64,000 nt of DNA, taken from positions 310,001 through 374,000 of the forward strand of contig JAPEUD010000011.1 of assembly GCA_026026165.1 (NCBI GenBank). The letters are read 5' to 3'. Shown here piece by piece: positions 35,521 through 48,900 of this stretch. How positions within the stretch are numbered: the stretch's first letter is position 1; every line of letters begins with the position of its first letter. The DNA comes from Sarea resinae (taxonomy: Eukaryota). The notes beneath the pieces are model-generated. The model was not told the DNA's origin. It did not search any database and saw only the letters and a program-made list of their open reading frames with translations. The translations under genes were made by a program, and so were the position numbers.

Positions 35521-35927
35521 CGCAGATATTTATGTATAGATAGTCGACGTTTAAGAGGGAGAAATGATGAGTAGGTGGATCGTGAGTCTTGTTCTCTCTT
35601 CTTTTTTTAGGGGTGCTTTTGGCTTTGTTCTGTTTGTTTTCTTGACTTTGTGTTCGCTTGGGTAGGTTATGCCTTGTTGTCTGCTCTGTGCTGTGTGCTG
35701 TGCTGGCCACTGTGTGCTCTACCCCTTAACGTTCTGTGCTCTTTACTTTCTGCTGTGTGCTATATACTTTGCACTCTGCGCTCCTTACTCTCTGATCACT
35801 ACTCTTATCTAATGATGATAATGTTTGTGATATCGTTTATATGCCCTACAGTCTATAGAAACAAGACAACACAGGTCGGCAGCTTAGTATACACCAACGA
35901 CGACGACTATATCATCTCTTACAACAA

Positions 35928-37924
35928 CTATCTCTTCTTCTCCTCCTCCTTCTTCCCCTTCTTCTCCTTCGTCACCACCACCTTGTCCTGCCCAGCCATA
36001 GCACTATTTCCAGCAGCAGCAGCACCACTACTGCTCAACCCAACTACATTCCTCAGCGTGCCAAAAGACAGCACATCCCGGATCGAGTCGGCCCCGCTGA
36101 AGACCATGGCCAGCCGATCGACACCGCAGCCCCAGCCGCCCGTGGGAGGGAGACCCCATTCGAGCGCGTCGACGTAGGCTTCGTCGACACTGGTGCCTTC
36201 TTCGCCCGCGCCGTCATCTTCGGCCTTTCCCGCTGCGACCCGGGTCCGCGTCTGTATATCTGCCGAGACGGCCTCTTCCTTGAACGTAATCTGTTCCTCG
36301 AACTTGCGCCGCTGCGAGAACGGATCATTCTCCTCCTCGTACGCGTTGACGAGCTCGCGGCCGCCGACGAAGAGCTCGACGCGGGCCGACACGGCGTGAT
36401 GCGCGTGCGGCGGCGCCGGATGCGGGAACGATTTCGAGAGTGGCGAGAGGCACGCCGGTGGGTGCAGGATGAAGGTTGGCTTGGCGCCGCATTGGGGCTC
36501 AAGGTAGACCTGGCAGAGCTTGTCGAGGAGGCGCGGCGGCGTCGGGTTGGGGGGCACGTCTTGCTCCAGGGCGGCGAAGAGGGAAAGGAGGGAGGCTGTT
36601 GTGAGATCTTTCGGCAGGGGCCGTGCCATGGCGGCTTCGAGGGCGGGGATGAAATCGATGGTGGGGTAGGGAGGCGTGAATGCTTCTGGGTCGTGTAGAG
36701 GCAGGGAGGTCAGGCGTGTGCATTTGAGCATGGAGACGTGGGAGGAGAGGCAATGCAGTAGAGACTCGGTCATGGCGATCAACGAGGTCAGGTTGGCGTA
36801 AGATTTGTAGAATTCGCAGGTGGTGAATTCTGGATTGTGTGTTGCGTCAAGGCCTGTATAGAAAATCAAGTTAGCGGGATGTTGTGCCAATAAGTAGAGC
36901 ATGGCGACGCACCCTCATTTCTAAACGACGGCCCGATCTCAAAGACTCGGTCCATTCCGCCTAGGACAAGCCGTTTGAGCCACAGCTCCGGCGCGATGCG
37001 GAGGGTGATTTTCTGCTGCGGGAACTCGGTCGCCGATGTGATGAATGGTCTTGCAATCGCCCCTCCTGCGTCACCTGCAAGGATCGGAGTGCTGACCTCG
37101 AGAAAGCCATCCCGGAGGAAGAACTCGCGCATGTGCTGGATGATGTATGACTTGAGACGCAGAGTATCCGCCGCTCGCTGATCGATCAGGAGCTCCGTGT
37201 GCCGATTTCGGATGAGCGTTTCCTTGTTGCTGATGGACGTCGGGAGCACATGAAGACTGGGTGAGAGGAGTCGAGGGAGCTCCGAGGCGGAGATGGAGAG
37301 TTCGCCTCTTTTCGTGCGATGGGGATTGCCCGTGATAGCTGTGCGCGATCAGTATAAAGTTTCTAATGCATCCGCATGAAGCCTACAGAATATGTCACCA
37401 CGGCGCAAAAGCCGATAGAACTGCTTGAAATCTTCCTCCGAGGCCCCTGACGACTGTAATTTTTTGAGGTCGCACACCCCCTGAACGCGATTTCCATCCT
37501 GGACAAGGTCGAAAAATACAAGCTTTGAGCCCGCTATTCGTGATGAGTACACCCTTCCTGCAAGCGTCAATTATGGCATCTTTGCATGATCCACGATAGC
37601 TAGCTTACCCCGAATGGTGACGACCTCCTCTTGACTCTGACCACGTTCTATGAACTCGTATTTGCTTCGAAAGCCGGAGCAAGTCATCGATCGCGAGTCA
37701 CCCGTGATGCGTGGGTAGAGGTTGGCCCCCTTCTCGCCGAGCTCATTGATGCGTTGCTGAACATCTCCGCTCCTTGATTGTACAGCAGTGTTGCTGTCGG
37801 CAAGGACGCCGGAAGCCTTGCTAGCAGAGTAGAAGCGCGCGTGGGCGGAGAATGCTGGTCGGCAGATGCTCTGTAGCTCCTTGTTCAGGTAGGGCCGTAG
37901 GAAGCGCAGGCCCGTGCCAGCCAT
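35928..37924 (-). CDS. MSK1: mitochondrial lysyl-tRNA synthetase (class II), 4 exons
   Basis: Presequence MAGTGLRFLRPY..ARFYS; introns 37558-37608, 37339-37386, 36854-36912. Motifs GGAIARPF, LRIAPELWLKRL, FRNEGLDATHNPEFTTCE, GLPPTGGWGCGVDRL. Confidence 0.92.
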
Positions 37925-38479
37925 GCTTTGGACACTGTTAGCAGAGTGCTTACGAGGAGAGAGTATCTTGGACGGATAAAGAATGAGGGACGGGTTCAAT
38001 TTCAGAAATTGAGTGTATATAGTCACGCACTGGTGTGAACCAGAGTCATTCGCAACGGTTCTTATACTTTTAATTCATCACGAGAACGGAGCAATGGGGG
38101 CATGATAAATCGCCAACATACCTTTGGGGTTTCATGACATCTGTAAACAAGACATGACAGAGAGGATGTTTTGAGATGGTCGAGGTAGCTGAGGTGAAGT
38201 TGATGAAGTGAAATTCTCCTGCACGCGAGATCGCCAAAAGCCTCGGGCCAAGCCAAGCTCAAACAAGCTCCCAAAATTCTCGCCAACGACAGCTAAAATA
38301 ATGACGGAAGAACCTCCAAGCTCAACCACCATCAGCCCCATCACCAGCACCACGATCGCAACCACAATTTGATAGCCCAGCACCTCTACTAGACCCGAGC
38401 CACATCACCAGTGTCACGATCCCATCAACGTCGGATCGCAACTTCAATCCCCTCAATCTCCAAACCCAACCAAAGAAAG

Positions 38480-38939
38480 ATGTCGTTCCTCTTCGGCGGC
38501 CGCCCGCAGCCCTCATCTGCCGAGAAGATCGCCGCCGCAGAAACAGAAGTCGAGATGATCTCAGACATGTTCAACCGGTAAGGGCTGTGCTTCGCCTTCC
38601 CCTTCCACACCTCATCCTTCCAAGCCCTCCCCCCTCCCCCCTATGCCCCATTGAACACGACCCATCCAACACCACGCCTCCCCCAACGACCAAAAATGAG
38701 TTCCCACAAAACTAACGCCCCTACCCGTCTCTAGGCTCACTCAATCCTGCACATCGAAATGCATACCCGCGGATTACCGCGAGGGCGAGCTCAACAAGGG
38801 CGAGTCCGTCTGCCTGGACCGCTGCGTGTCGAAGTTCTTCGAGGTCAACATGAAGGTCAGCGAGAAGATGCAGGGCGAGGCCGCGCGACAGGGCGGTGGC
38901 GGCGCTCCGGGCGGCGGGATGGGTGGTTTCGGCATGTAA
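38480..38939 (+). CDS. TIM10: mitochondrial small Tim chaperone Tim10, 2 exons
   Basis: Intron 38578-38734; [42 protein letters not shown] (twin CX3C). Confidence 0.95.
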
Positions 38940-40104
38940 AATTGTGAAGAAGAAAGAAGGAAGGGGGAAGAGAGGGAGAGAGGGAGAGGAAGGGAGAGAT
39001 CAAGCAAAATACTTTGATCGTAAAGGTCATGGGAGCTTAAAATCTACCTGACCTTTCCCATGACAGCGATACTTGGCCGCATTGTGCGGCGCTATACTGT
39101 GCTGGTGGTTGCAATAGTGATGGTGATGGCGATGGTGTGAAATCTACGTGTACGATAGGAACTCTACTTTAACTTCAAACAAGTCTACATATTGAAGATC
39201 GGGTCTTAAAAGGCTCGACGGGTCTCAGAGGTTCTCCATGGGGCCCCAGACATCGATTGCGCTGCAGACGTTTCGTCAGTCCGCAATATGTCATCCATCC
39301 ATGCATCTGCTTGATCTCCCTCATCTACGCAAACACCTTACAACACAATGATTCCAGATTCGGAAAAGTATACGACGAATCAAATCACGAAAGAGCTGGA
39401 ATAGCCCCGAATCTATGATGACCAGACCAGACAAGAGCAGACAGACCCTCGAACCCACCTGACCCAAGAAAGCCGTTGCTCTTGTCCGTAGCTAGAGCTT
39501 CTAATTAAATCGAAGCCATCGGACTCTTCAATAGAACGCGACAGAGCCACACCACCCCATATTTGAATCGAACCGACTCGCATTTAAATCACTCTAGACA
39601 TGCATCATATACCGGGATGAGGGAGCGGGAGTGGGGTTATGTGGGAAAGACCCCAGAGTTCCTCACTGGTTGATTGATTGATTGATTTTCATCGTTTTCC
39701 AGGTTCCAGGTTCCGTTTCCATTACTCTAGATTGATCGGGGAAGATAGAGCTTAGAGTCAGGAGAAACAGCAGGATAGAGAGAACAAGAAAAGGAAACAT
39801 TAAATGGTGATCTAACGATGCGTATGTGTGTATGTGAATATGCGCAAGGAAAGAGAAGAGAACATGAGAGGGAGGGAAGGGAAGAAAAAGAAGGAAGTTC
39901 GGCGGACAAAAGGGAAATCAAGAAGAAAATGGGAATTAACAACGCCTCCAAGCCCACCCAAATGCCCATCATCACTCTATATCGCCGCGGCCACTGCGTC
40001 ACCGGAAGATCGAACACTCCGGGACAGAACACTCCTCGTAGAGATGTCGCTAAAGGAGACTCATAAAGATTCTAAAGAAGTGAAAGTGAAGGTTTCACGA
40101 ATTG

Positions 40105-42545
40105 TCAGTCCGCTTTGATCGCCCTGCAGTCACCAATATATCAGTATGAATAAGAATCTTGCTGGATTGGGGCCAGAAAGAGCCTGAAAATTAGAGGCAT
40201 GACTGCAAGCAAACAACTTACGTGTAGATCCTTCTAACAAAGGTGTATGCAGTCAAGAAGCCAACGGTGCCAGTCAGCAAGCCGTAAACAACGCAAGCCA
40301 AGAAGCTATAGCTAAAGAACAGCATGCTGGATACGAAGCCTTGAATGTGCAGCTTGGTAAAGTAGTACCAGACACAGGTCAAGAAGACCCAAACCGAGCT
40401 CCCACCGCCGATGAAAAACGATTGCCACCACCAGTGATAGTTCTAGAGTTCCGGGTCAGTTGATTCCCTGTAAGGTAGCACAGAAAGGGAAGAAGCTCAC
40501 CTCGGAGCAAAGTTGCATATACGTCGCCACAATGGTCACCTCCACAACCGTCACCATCAGCACAGAACTAACGGCCCCAAGGAACCCAAAGAGATAATAG
40601 TAGCCACTCTTATCCTGCCATAAGCTCCTAAAGACGAACAAGAGCTCGATGAAGATGACGGCAAAAGGAATGAGACCGGCGAGTAGAACGCTTTGGAAGC
40701 TCTTCGTATACCAGGACTGCTGAGGTATTTGTCGTGGTATGACGTTTGTCTTGACGGGATGTTCCCACGGTCCGACCTTGTTGAAGCCGTACCAGCTACC
40801 CACGTAGACGAGAGGAAGCTGTACGAGCAACCAGAGGAGAGCGAGGGCAACCAGGGTACTGAAGGGAATGGCGGTACTTGATGCTTGTGCCCAGACGAAG
40901 AGATTGAGAATGAAGATCAAGGAGAATAGTAAGCCTGGGAAGAGCAGTGCAGTCTATCAATTGATTAGTAAAAACTCAGGCGAAGGGGGCCAATAAGGGA
41001 AGATTACCATAAGCGCATTCTTCCTCAGATTAGTGCCGCCGAATGTCCTGTAGATTCTTCCGGAAAAGTATCCAGAGAAGATACCTGCAAAGACGAACAA
41101 GCCCACGCCGACACTGACGAAGCCACCCCTGAAACTTGGATTTAGGACACCGAAGCAACTGAGTAGAAGGAGGCCGCAAGCCATGAAGACCAGCTGCATT
41201 CCAGACCCAACCAGAGGCGCAAGCAATCCCCCATAGGGCGGGGGTCTAAAGACGTCCCCATGAACGAGTTTCCAGCCCGTAATGTCCTCTAGCGAATCAT
41301 CGTCCGACGAGATGTCTGCATCGTTCTCGACATCCCCGTTCTGCTCCAACAAGCCTTCTTTTGATTTCTCGCCTAGTCTCGGCGATTTCGTCCCGTTGGG
41401 ACCTCGCTTGCGTTTAGGCTTCAGCTTTCCATCTTCAATACTGCCGTCCTTGGTATATCCTTTGATATCACCGTGCACCGCTCGCGCCAAGATGACAGCA
41501 ACAACCGCCGTCAAGAGTCCGGCGATGACGAGAGAGTTCAAGATAGCTAGCCAATGGATCCTCGAGCTTCTTTCTTGGTTGACAAAATACAGATCCCACC
41601 GATTGCCCCATTCTATCTTGTCTTCCTCTCGGAAATAGACGGAATAGGTGTACGGTATTGTAAGAGTGGCTCCATCATCCAAGTCCTCATCCTCTTCCGG
41701 CGGTTGATAAGAGGAGAATGGGTACTTGTTCTCCACCGACGTAGTGTTGCGAGGTATATACAGCTCCATTCCTTGCTCAATGTCTTGGAGGTTATTCGGG
41801 CATCCCGTCGTGTTTCGATCTCCAGGCCCAATACTCTTCGTATAAACCTCAAAGCCCACAATGACCTTGGCCCCATTCTTGCCCTCAGAGTTGGGAGCTT
41901 TTCTCCACCGCAAAACCAGGGTCACGTGGTTGTTGATGAAATGTCTTGGCTTTCCTGTCGTGGGCGAAAAATCCTTATATCCCATCTTGAAACCCGCAGC
42001 ATAGTATTTGTGGGTCTTGTCCACCGTCATGAAACTTGTGGCACCAGGGAGATTATCCACGATCCATTCGGCCACGTATCCATCTGAGACGATGTCTTGC
42101 GCGCTCTTGATGCCGCGACGGTCGACTTCATGACTGCACAGATATTGGCATTCAACATCCTTGCCCATCGTGATCTCGTAGTCGGACATCATGATCCGAT
42201 CGCCCCGAAGCACTTCACCGAGGTTCAGAGAGATACTGCTTCCGCTGGTGAGAGGAGAGCCGCCATGCTTCCGACCAGTGGGGGGACAGACGAAGGGCAG
42301 GTCATAATATGCATATTGAAGTTGTGTGTTATCGGAATAGACCTTGTTCACCTGGAGCGGAATGGATTCGTCGTCCTTGTAGCTCTTGACCGACCATCCT
42401 TTATGGTAACAGACGTCAATTAGCATCCTATGAAGAACCACAAAAAATGATCCGTCTTACCTGGTATGTAAAAAGCATCTGTGTACGGCACGAATAGAAG
42501 CGCAGCGATCAGGCTGCCAAGGCCTATCCGAAAATCTGCGTGCAT
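40105..42545 (-). CDS. nonaspanin TM9SF/EMP70-family endomembrane protein (Tmn3-like), 5 exons
   Basis: Signal peptide and AFYIPGW; introns 42399-42460, 40954-41007, 40443-40500, 40124-40221. Motifs LNLGEVLRGDRI, WIVDNLPG, IHWLAILNS, GWKLVHGDVFRPP, NYHWWWQSF; C-terminal AIKAD. Confidence 0.92.
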
Positions 42546-44123
42546 TTTCCCTCTTTGCGGCCTGCTCACCTCTTTGCGATTTCGCACCCCGTCGGAGGTC
42601 ACGGTGTCCTCTCTGACACCAGCCGACACTCCCGAGTCTCTACAGCAGAGGGAAATGGGCGAGGGCAACGCGTCAGGCTTCTCACGGGAGATGGCCAGGT
42701 AAACTGATAGCGGCGCTTCTTCTCCGAGATGGTCGTTTGCTGACCTCGAAGCTGAACGTGCTGAGAGGATGTAGGAGCAGGTCGGGGGGAGGTAAACGAA
42801 CGGAATTGGCACCGAGTGCCGGAGATCGTATAAGACGCTGCAAGGCAATGAAGGCGAGTCAATCGGAGAAGGAGAAGGAGCTCCTTTTCCTTGTCTACCT
42901 CGGAGGCACTCTAGAGCGTCAAAAAGGAAAGGATGGCGGACGAAGGTTTGAGATTGGGATGTTGTTGAGGAAGGGATCGAAGGGTTGTAGCAGGCCGTGG
43001 TAGCGTGTGAAGACGACTCCGGGGCAGGTGGTAGCAGGTACGTGTGGCAGGTAGCAGTACTTGGTCACTCCGAAGTAACCATTGAGTAGCGAGTACCTTG
43101 TATCTAGGCACTTCGCACCCAACAAGGCAGAAGAGCGGGCTCCGTCCGAGGTATCGTCTACTCGACAGTCCCTCGTCGTCTCCTCAGTGGCTTCTGCTCT
43201 CGGTACCAAATTCCGTACAATTGCATGTCCAGATTAAAGAGTCCCTTGATCCTTTTCGTTAGATCTTGCCGCGATAGACTTCTCATTGAGCTTGTCTACG
43301 TCCCGTCGTACTCCTAGGTCGTACCTAATCCAAACGATCGTTGCCGCAAACGAATCCAAAGTCATCAACATACCGGCCACCCTTTACCCCATTAGGAAGC
43401 TTTGCATGCCACTCTCCAACGGCGCCAATCTTGGTCATCATTGCTTATCTCGTTCCGAAACACCTGTCAATCTTATTTCCTACTCTCTACTCCGTACATG
43501 ACCTTCGCCAAGTAAGGTAGGCTCGAGAGAAAGGAATACTTGGGCGGAAGAGGCGGCAGCCCGAAACATATCTGGACAGCACCACATGGAGAAAAAGATA
43601 GACGCTTGACGCTTGGCGCATCAGCGCTTTGGGCTTTCCTGTTGCTTCGTATTCAGCTGGTGGATCCCTGTTGCTATACGACCACTTCTTACTGCGTGTA
43701 TGCACCGCTGTCGTTTGTGGCGTGCTTACGGGTCCCGTCATCCGCCCCTCGCCGGTGACGCCGGTCGTTCAAGGCGGGGTGCATCAAAATTTCATAACTC
43801 ATTGCAGACACAAGTCACCGCAAGGAAAAGCCAACAAAATGGACGGTCATTGAGAGAGCGTAGTACCATGGCGGTAAGATTTATTTGCGACAGTTCGCCT
43901 GCCAATTATTGCATTCTATGAAACCTGAAGCGAAAAATAGTCTGTGCATTAAAACACTCATAACTGACAAGTTTTAAGGAGAGTCGTGAAGCCATTTCCC
44001 AATCAATGGCAACCATAAGTTTTGTAAATCACAATTCAACGCCGGAAGCTATGCCAGTATAAAAGGATCGTAAGGGTAGGATAGAGGAGGGATCGTCAGG
44101 ACACAAAATCCAGATGGACTCCT

Positions 44124-45278
44124 CTACACCATTCTGGGGTAGGCAGAACCGCTCGGCAAGATGGCGCCACTAGCAGGGCCACCTGGGTTAATGGAAGCTG
44201 TTCCATTGACGTAGGCGGGAACGACGGTGACCGGGTAAGGAGTCTTGGAGGGCTTGGTGATGGTAATGATCGTTGTCGTGCCCGAGATGGTGGCCGTGAC
44301 CGTCTCACATGGCACGCTGGTGATAACAACAGGGGCCGTGGAGACAGGGACCGTGCCACTGACGTAGACAGTCTCGACGACGGTGGAGTAGATAGTCTCC
44401 GCTGCTGGGCAGGTGCCGGAGGGCGCACCGACGGAAGTCTGGGGTGCGGGCGTTGGGATAACGACGACAGTAGTGCTCGCTGAAGGCGGGGGCAGATTCG
44501 AGCTGCCCGTTTGGCTTGGCGAGGGGGCAGAGCTGAAGAGACCCGGACCGGTAGTTGGCTTTGGCGCGACGGATGTAGCAGGGCTAGTGCTCGGGCACAC
44601 CACAGTAACGACGGTTGATGTTGAAGTCGTCGTAGCGGTATAACTTGTGGGCGTCAACCAAGTTGAGAAGTACGTCGTGCTTGACGAGGTGGCAACAGGG
44701 GTCGAGCATGGAACCCAGGCAGTAGTTGTGTAGATGATCGTACTCGTCCCAACAGAGGAAATTGTGGTGGTGGCAGTGACTGAACCTGTGATCGTGACAG
44801 GAGGCGTCGTGGTCGCTGTTGTCGGGCCCGGCGGAGGGACAGAGCCGCTTGCGCCGGACGCAGAGGGTGGAGGAGGCGGTGGAAGATTCGGAGTAGTAGT
44901 GCCTGTCCCTAGCGGTGGCGTACTGGTCGTGCCGGACCCTAGTGGAAGAGTGCTATTCACTGTTGGCGCAGGCGTCTTCGTCTTGGTCTTGGTGCATCCT
45001 CCCTTGCAGCTAGTGATGGTCAAGGTTGATGTTTCAAGGGTTGTGGAGATGACTACGGAGCTGGCACTGGTATAGGTGCTGGTGACCGGGCAGACGGTTG
45101 TGGTGGTATAGGTCCAAAGAGTCGTCTCAGATGTCGAAGGAGCTGTGCCGGCAGGGGCTGTACCGGAAGCTGACGAACTCGTTGGGGCCGTAGGGGCGAC
45201 ACTCGAGGTGGTGTTCTTTCCCCAAGCAGCGGCTGAGCCGGCAAAGGCAGCAGCAACGAGAGCTAGTGATGTGCGCAT
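44124..45278 (-). CDS. secreted Ser/Thr/Pro-rich mucin-like or cell-wall protein
   Basis: 384-aa ORF; signal peptide MRTSLALVAAAFAGSAAA; T/S/P-rich with TTVCP- and VPC-type cysteine motifs. Confidence 0.85.
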   Translation of the reverse strand: MRTSLALVAAAFAGSAAAWGKNTTSSVAPTAPTSSSASGTAPAGTAPSTSETTLWTYTTTTVCPVTSTYTSASSVVISTTLETSTLTITSCKGGCTKTKTKTPAPTVNSTLPLGSGTTSTPPLGTGTTTPNLPPPPPPSASGASGSVPPPGPTTATTTPPVTITGSVTATTTISSVGTSTIIYTTTAWVPCSTPVATSSSTTYFSTWLTPTSYTATTTSTSTVVTVVCPSTSPATSVAPKPTTGPGLFSSAPSPSQTGSSNLPPPSASTTVVVIPTPAPQTSVGAPSGTCPAAETIYSTVVETVYVSGTVPVSTAPVVITSVPCETVTATISGTTTIITITKPSKTPYPVTVVPAYVNGTASINPGGPASGAILPSGSAYPRMV

Positions 45279-48259
45279 ATTGACTAGGCGAAATTGAATT
45301 GCAAAGACGAGGAAATGAAGTCAAGCGGTCGATGAAGCGATAGACGGAAAACGATAATATGTCGATAAAGCGAGTGTTAGGTCTGCGAAGAGGAGAGAGA
45401 CCTCTGTACACTTCTGGATGATGGAGCTATGGGAAGAGAGATGCAGAAAAAGAGTGACGGGAAGAAGCCTGTATACTTATATCCTCCAACCTGGACATGC
45501 TGGACATGCTAGAAATCGTATTCATGGACTTGATGTGTACCACTGATAATGCAACCCTGCCGTTAGCTAAGGAAATGGTGACAAACAGAGCCTGCCCGGT
45601 TGAGCACGCTCTGCGAAGAAGATCCTGGCTAGCTGAGATGATGAGATGAAGCTGCGCAGCCAGCCCTATGCCCGTTCACGAGCAGGCCTTGGCCTATTGA
45701 GGCAGCACTGGGCACGAATGAGGCCAGGATTCTTCTGCAGGGTTACATCCATCTGGGGGGGGATTGCCTTAGCAGTCTAGGGTAGATGATGACAGGCTAG
45801 AATACTGCCCCCAATGTTTCTCGCATCTGTTTCCCATTCGCCTGCAATGACGGATGCGTGAGATGGATGGAAGGCAGCCCTGGAGGATCCGAGGATGAAG
45901 TCAGAATGGATGAGAGGGCACAGTAGGTACATAGTACGTATTCGCGTGCGGAGATATCCATGGATCCCTTGGCACTGTCGGTAGTGCCGTCGATGATTAT
46001 TATTAGGCCGCCAAGTCAGCCGGCACGCACGAAGAGCACACCACGATGACCGTTTCGGTAGGGCAGTGCAGCGGTAGGTACGAGAAGTTCGTGAGAGGGA
46101 GATTCGTGGGAGCTGCGATGTCAACACACGCCGCATCTCGACTCCATCTCCTAAGCTGAACGTGGCTAGAGAGGGTCATATCCCGAGAAGACCAGCACCG
46201 TCTACCTACGAAGTCCTCGTAGAGTACTCTACTCCGAGGATGCCACCGTAGTACCCTTGAGGTAAAGATCGCTCGATGCTCGTATTGAAGGGTACATCCG
46301 ATGGACTACCTCTGGTCAAATCCCTCGTCCCTCATCAAGCCATCGAGCCGTCAAGAAGGGACTTGGAAGCTTCCAGCTCGACGACGGACGCCTTGAATGC
46401 TCGTACTCGTGCTCGTGCTCGTCGAGTACTATTCCTGGCATACGCTCCCAGAGCTTCCATTCCTTGGCACAAGGTAGTCACCAGTCGAGATCTTCTAATG
46501 TGTCAACGGCCATAAATCAGTAGCTTCCGATGGGCCCTACTGCGACTCTGCTCGAGAGTACTCCGTATATCTCCAAATACGAGAACTCCTTGCGTAGAGG
46601 TATCCGTCACGGAGGGGCAACTGTGCCGTGCTTACTGACAGCAGCACTACTGCTGCTGTTTCTTGTCCATACCTACTCTAGAGAACTTCGTACATATCGT
46701 CGAATCATGCATCTCGCGTCCGTGTGGGATTGGCCTAGTGAAGGAAGACGCTTATGATGTGGCAAGTCGACAACAGCTCGCATGTCAAAATACGAGAACA
46801 CCATCGACAGAGTGCTAATCCCTACCCATCGCTACCTTCCTAGTACTCTGGCTACTGCAGCTACTCAGAGTAATACGGAGCACTTCGTAGATGCTCATCA
46901 GCGACCACGTCCCGCCATTTCCGTCGTTTACGAGATGATCAACTTCGGCCTTTTGGATCTGCCTTTCTCGACGAATGGAATTTCCAAATTCCCACCACGG
47001 GCAATGACGACCCTTCGATCGTGATCTGACCTTTCCCTTATGGTCTGAGGTTTGCAGAGCCAATCAACCGAGTCATGCTCTGCCGTTGTTACCTACCTAT
47101 GTATGCCATCTTCGAAGCACTCCATCTGCCTCTTGCTCCAGCCATTCGAATTTGGAGATAGCTAGACGTGCTATCGACGGTGCTGTCGATCGTGCGTTCT
47201 ACTGCCGCTCTAGCATCCATTTCCTTCTCGACTTTGTAGTATATAACATGGCGGATTTTTTACCTCTCTGGCCCAAGCTTTTGGGAATGCCACCGGCCTG
47301 GCATGTCTCCACCTGTTTCCTTTAGTGAGAGTCCGGGGATCGACATTGCTCCGGATCTGACGATTATTCACGACCTACCCTTTCTGTCCAAAGATCATCG
47401 GGACTTCCGTTGCTTATCTGCTGCCAACTGGAGCCTTGGCCTCTCCCAAGTAACATAATGAATTCAAAATCGGGATGATGGCATATCCAGTGCAGTCAAC
47501 TCCGCCCTGCAACCAGTTCGTTTGTGCCGCGCGGCTCTTGCGATCGGGATGCCACCACAGTTCCAATGCCCCTGGCCCCCATGCATATAGTGGGGAACAG
47601 CTCCGTCAATTATCATCAACTCTTCCAACATCAACCGCGATAGCCACCAGAGACCGCACTCAAAGGACCAATAGGAGAATGAGCAGATGTCACACTTTCA
47701 TTGCGTGAAGTAGCTTTCACGCCTGAATCTACGCCTTCACACCTCCTTCTCCCTCTGGGCCTTGGAGCAAATATTCAGCCCTAGTCTGGGGGCCTCATCC
47801 ATACAGGCTTGCCCTAGACTTCTCCGTCCCGCTCTAACATAAAGCAACGTGCGCTGACTCTGCCTGGCTCTTGCATACGGCTTCGACGCATTGCCAATAC
47901 GTCATTTCATTCATATGTACGGTACCTAAGGCGTCCAGCAACAAGCTGCAAGGCTGTAACCTGCAACTTTCCATCCATGTAACTAATTGATAGCTATCTC
48001 GTCGTCGTATCCGTGCGCATATCAGCGCACGGGGCACAAAGAAGAAGAAATCACTGAGTCCCAGCCATCTCTAACATTTGCATCATGGAATTGCAGATAG
48101 GATTGTAAATATATTGAGCTTTACAGGCAATTCGTAATAGTTACGGAGCTCCTGAATATCTAACGCTCCTATACTGTTAGGAATTAAGCTTGACTAGACT
48201 TTTATAAACAGATTGACTTGCTTCGCGAATTGTACTCGTACTCCGACGGTAGGATGACT

Positions 48260-48900
48260 GATAGCGAGTCAATTGGAAAAGAATCAAAAGGAAGATGATA
48301 TTCTGGAGAAGAAAAATAAGGTCATGTCTTTGATGCAAGTGTATGTACCAACTTTAATTCGACATTAGCCTACCTTATATATCCTTCACTGCAAATGAGA
48401 AATCGAATATACCATGCCAAACTGATACTAGCTGGCTACAAGCTTGATATCAAGCAGCAATACGCATAATAAATATAAGAAAAAGAGCTTAACAACTTGT
48501 CTAGAGATTGATGGAAACGAGTCCCGAGGCGTTCAGGAAGCTCTATACAACTTCCTTGGTAGGCAAATGTTCAATCTGAGTGCTAATCACGTTTCAATTA
48601 GACTGATGCGATTCGAACCAGAAGAGATCTCTTGATCTTAAAAGCCAAGAGCACTGCGGGCTCGGCCTTCTATAGGGAGATCCTAGTGTTGAAGCCAGGA
48701 TTGCGATACTCCGCGAGTACGAAGCCCAAGATATTCCATTCAAAAGACGTTCATGGACTATCTGCTATTCAGACGCAGTCAAATACCTACCTACTTCGGA
48801 GCGATTGATACCCGACAATGTTTCTATGCTGATGCTGCGTCTCGCAGAAGGACTTCACCGCCGAAAACATCACTATTTTACTGTTTACAAGCTTTCGCAA
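48260..48900 (+). pseudogene. possible decayed intron-containing gene of unknown family
   Basis: Two intron-like units (GTATGT 48341..ACTGAT..TAG 48431; GTAGGC 48559..GCTAAT..TAG 48601) flank a frame GYKLDIKQQYA**I*EKELNNL whose TAA stops would be CAA before C-to-T change. Confidence 0.35.

Noticed and set aside
35650..36177. 175-aa Cys/Leu-rich ORF
   Set aside because: Antisense to the MSK1 3' end and its low-complexity UTR.
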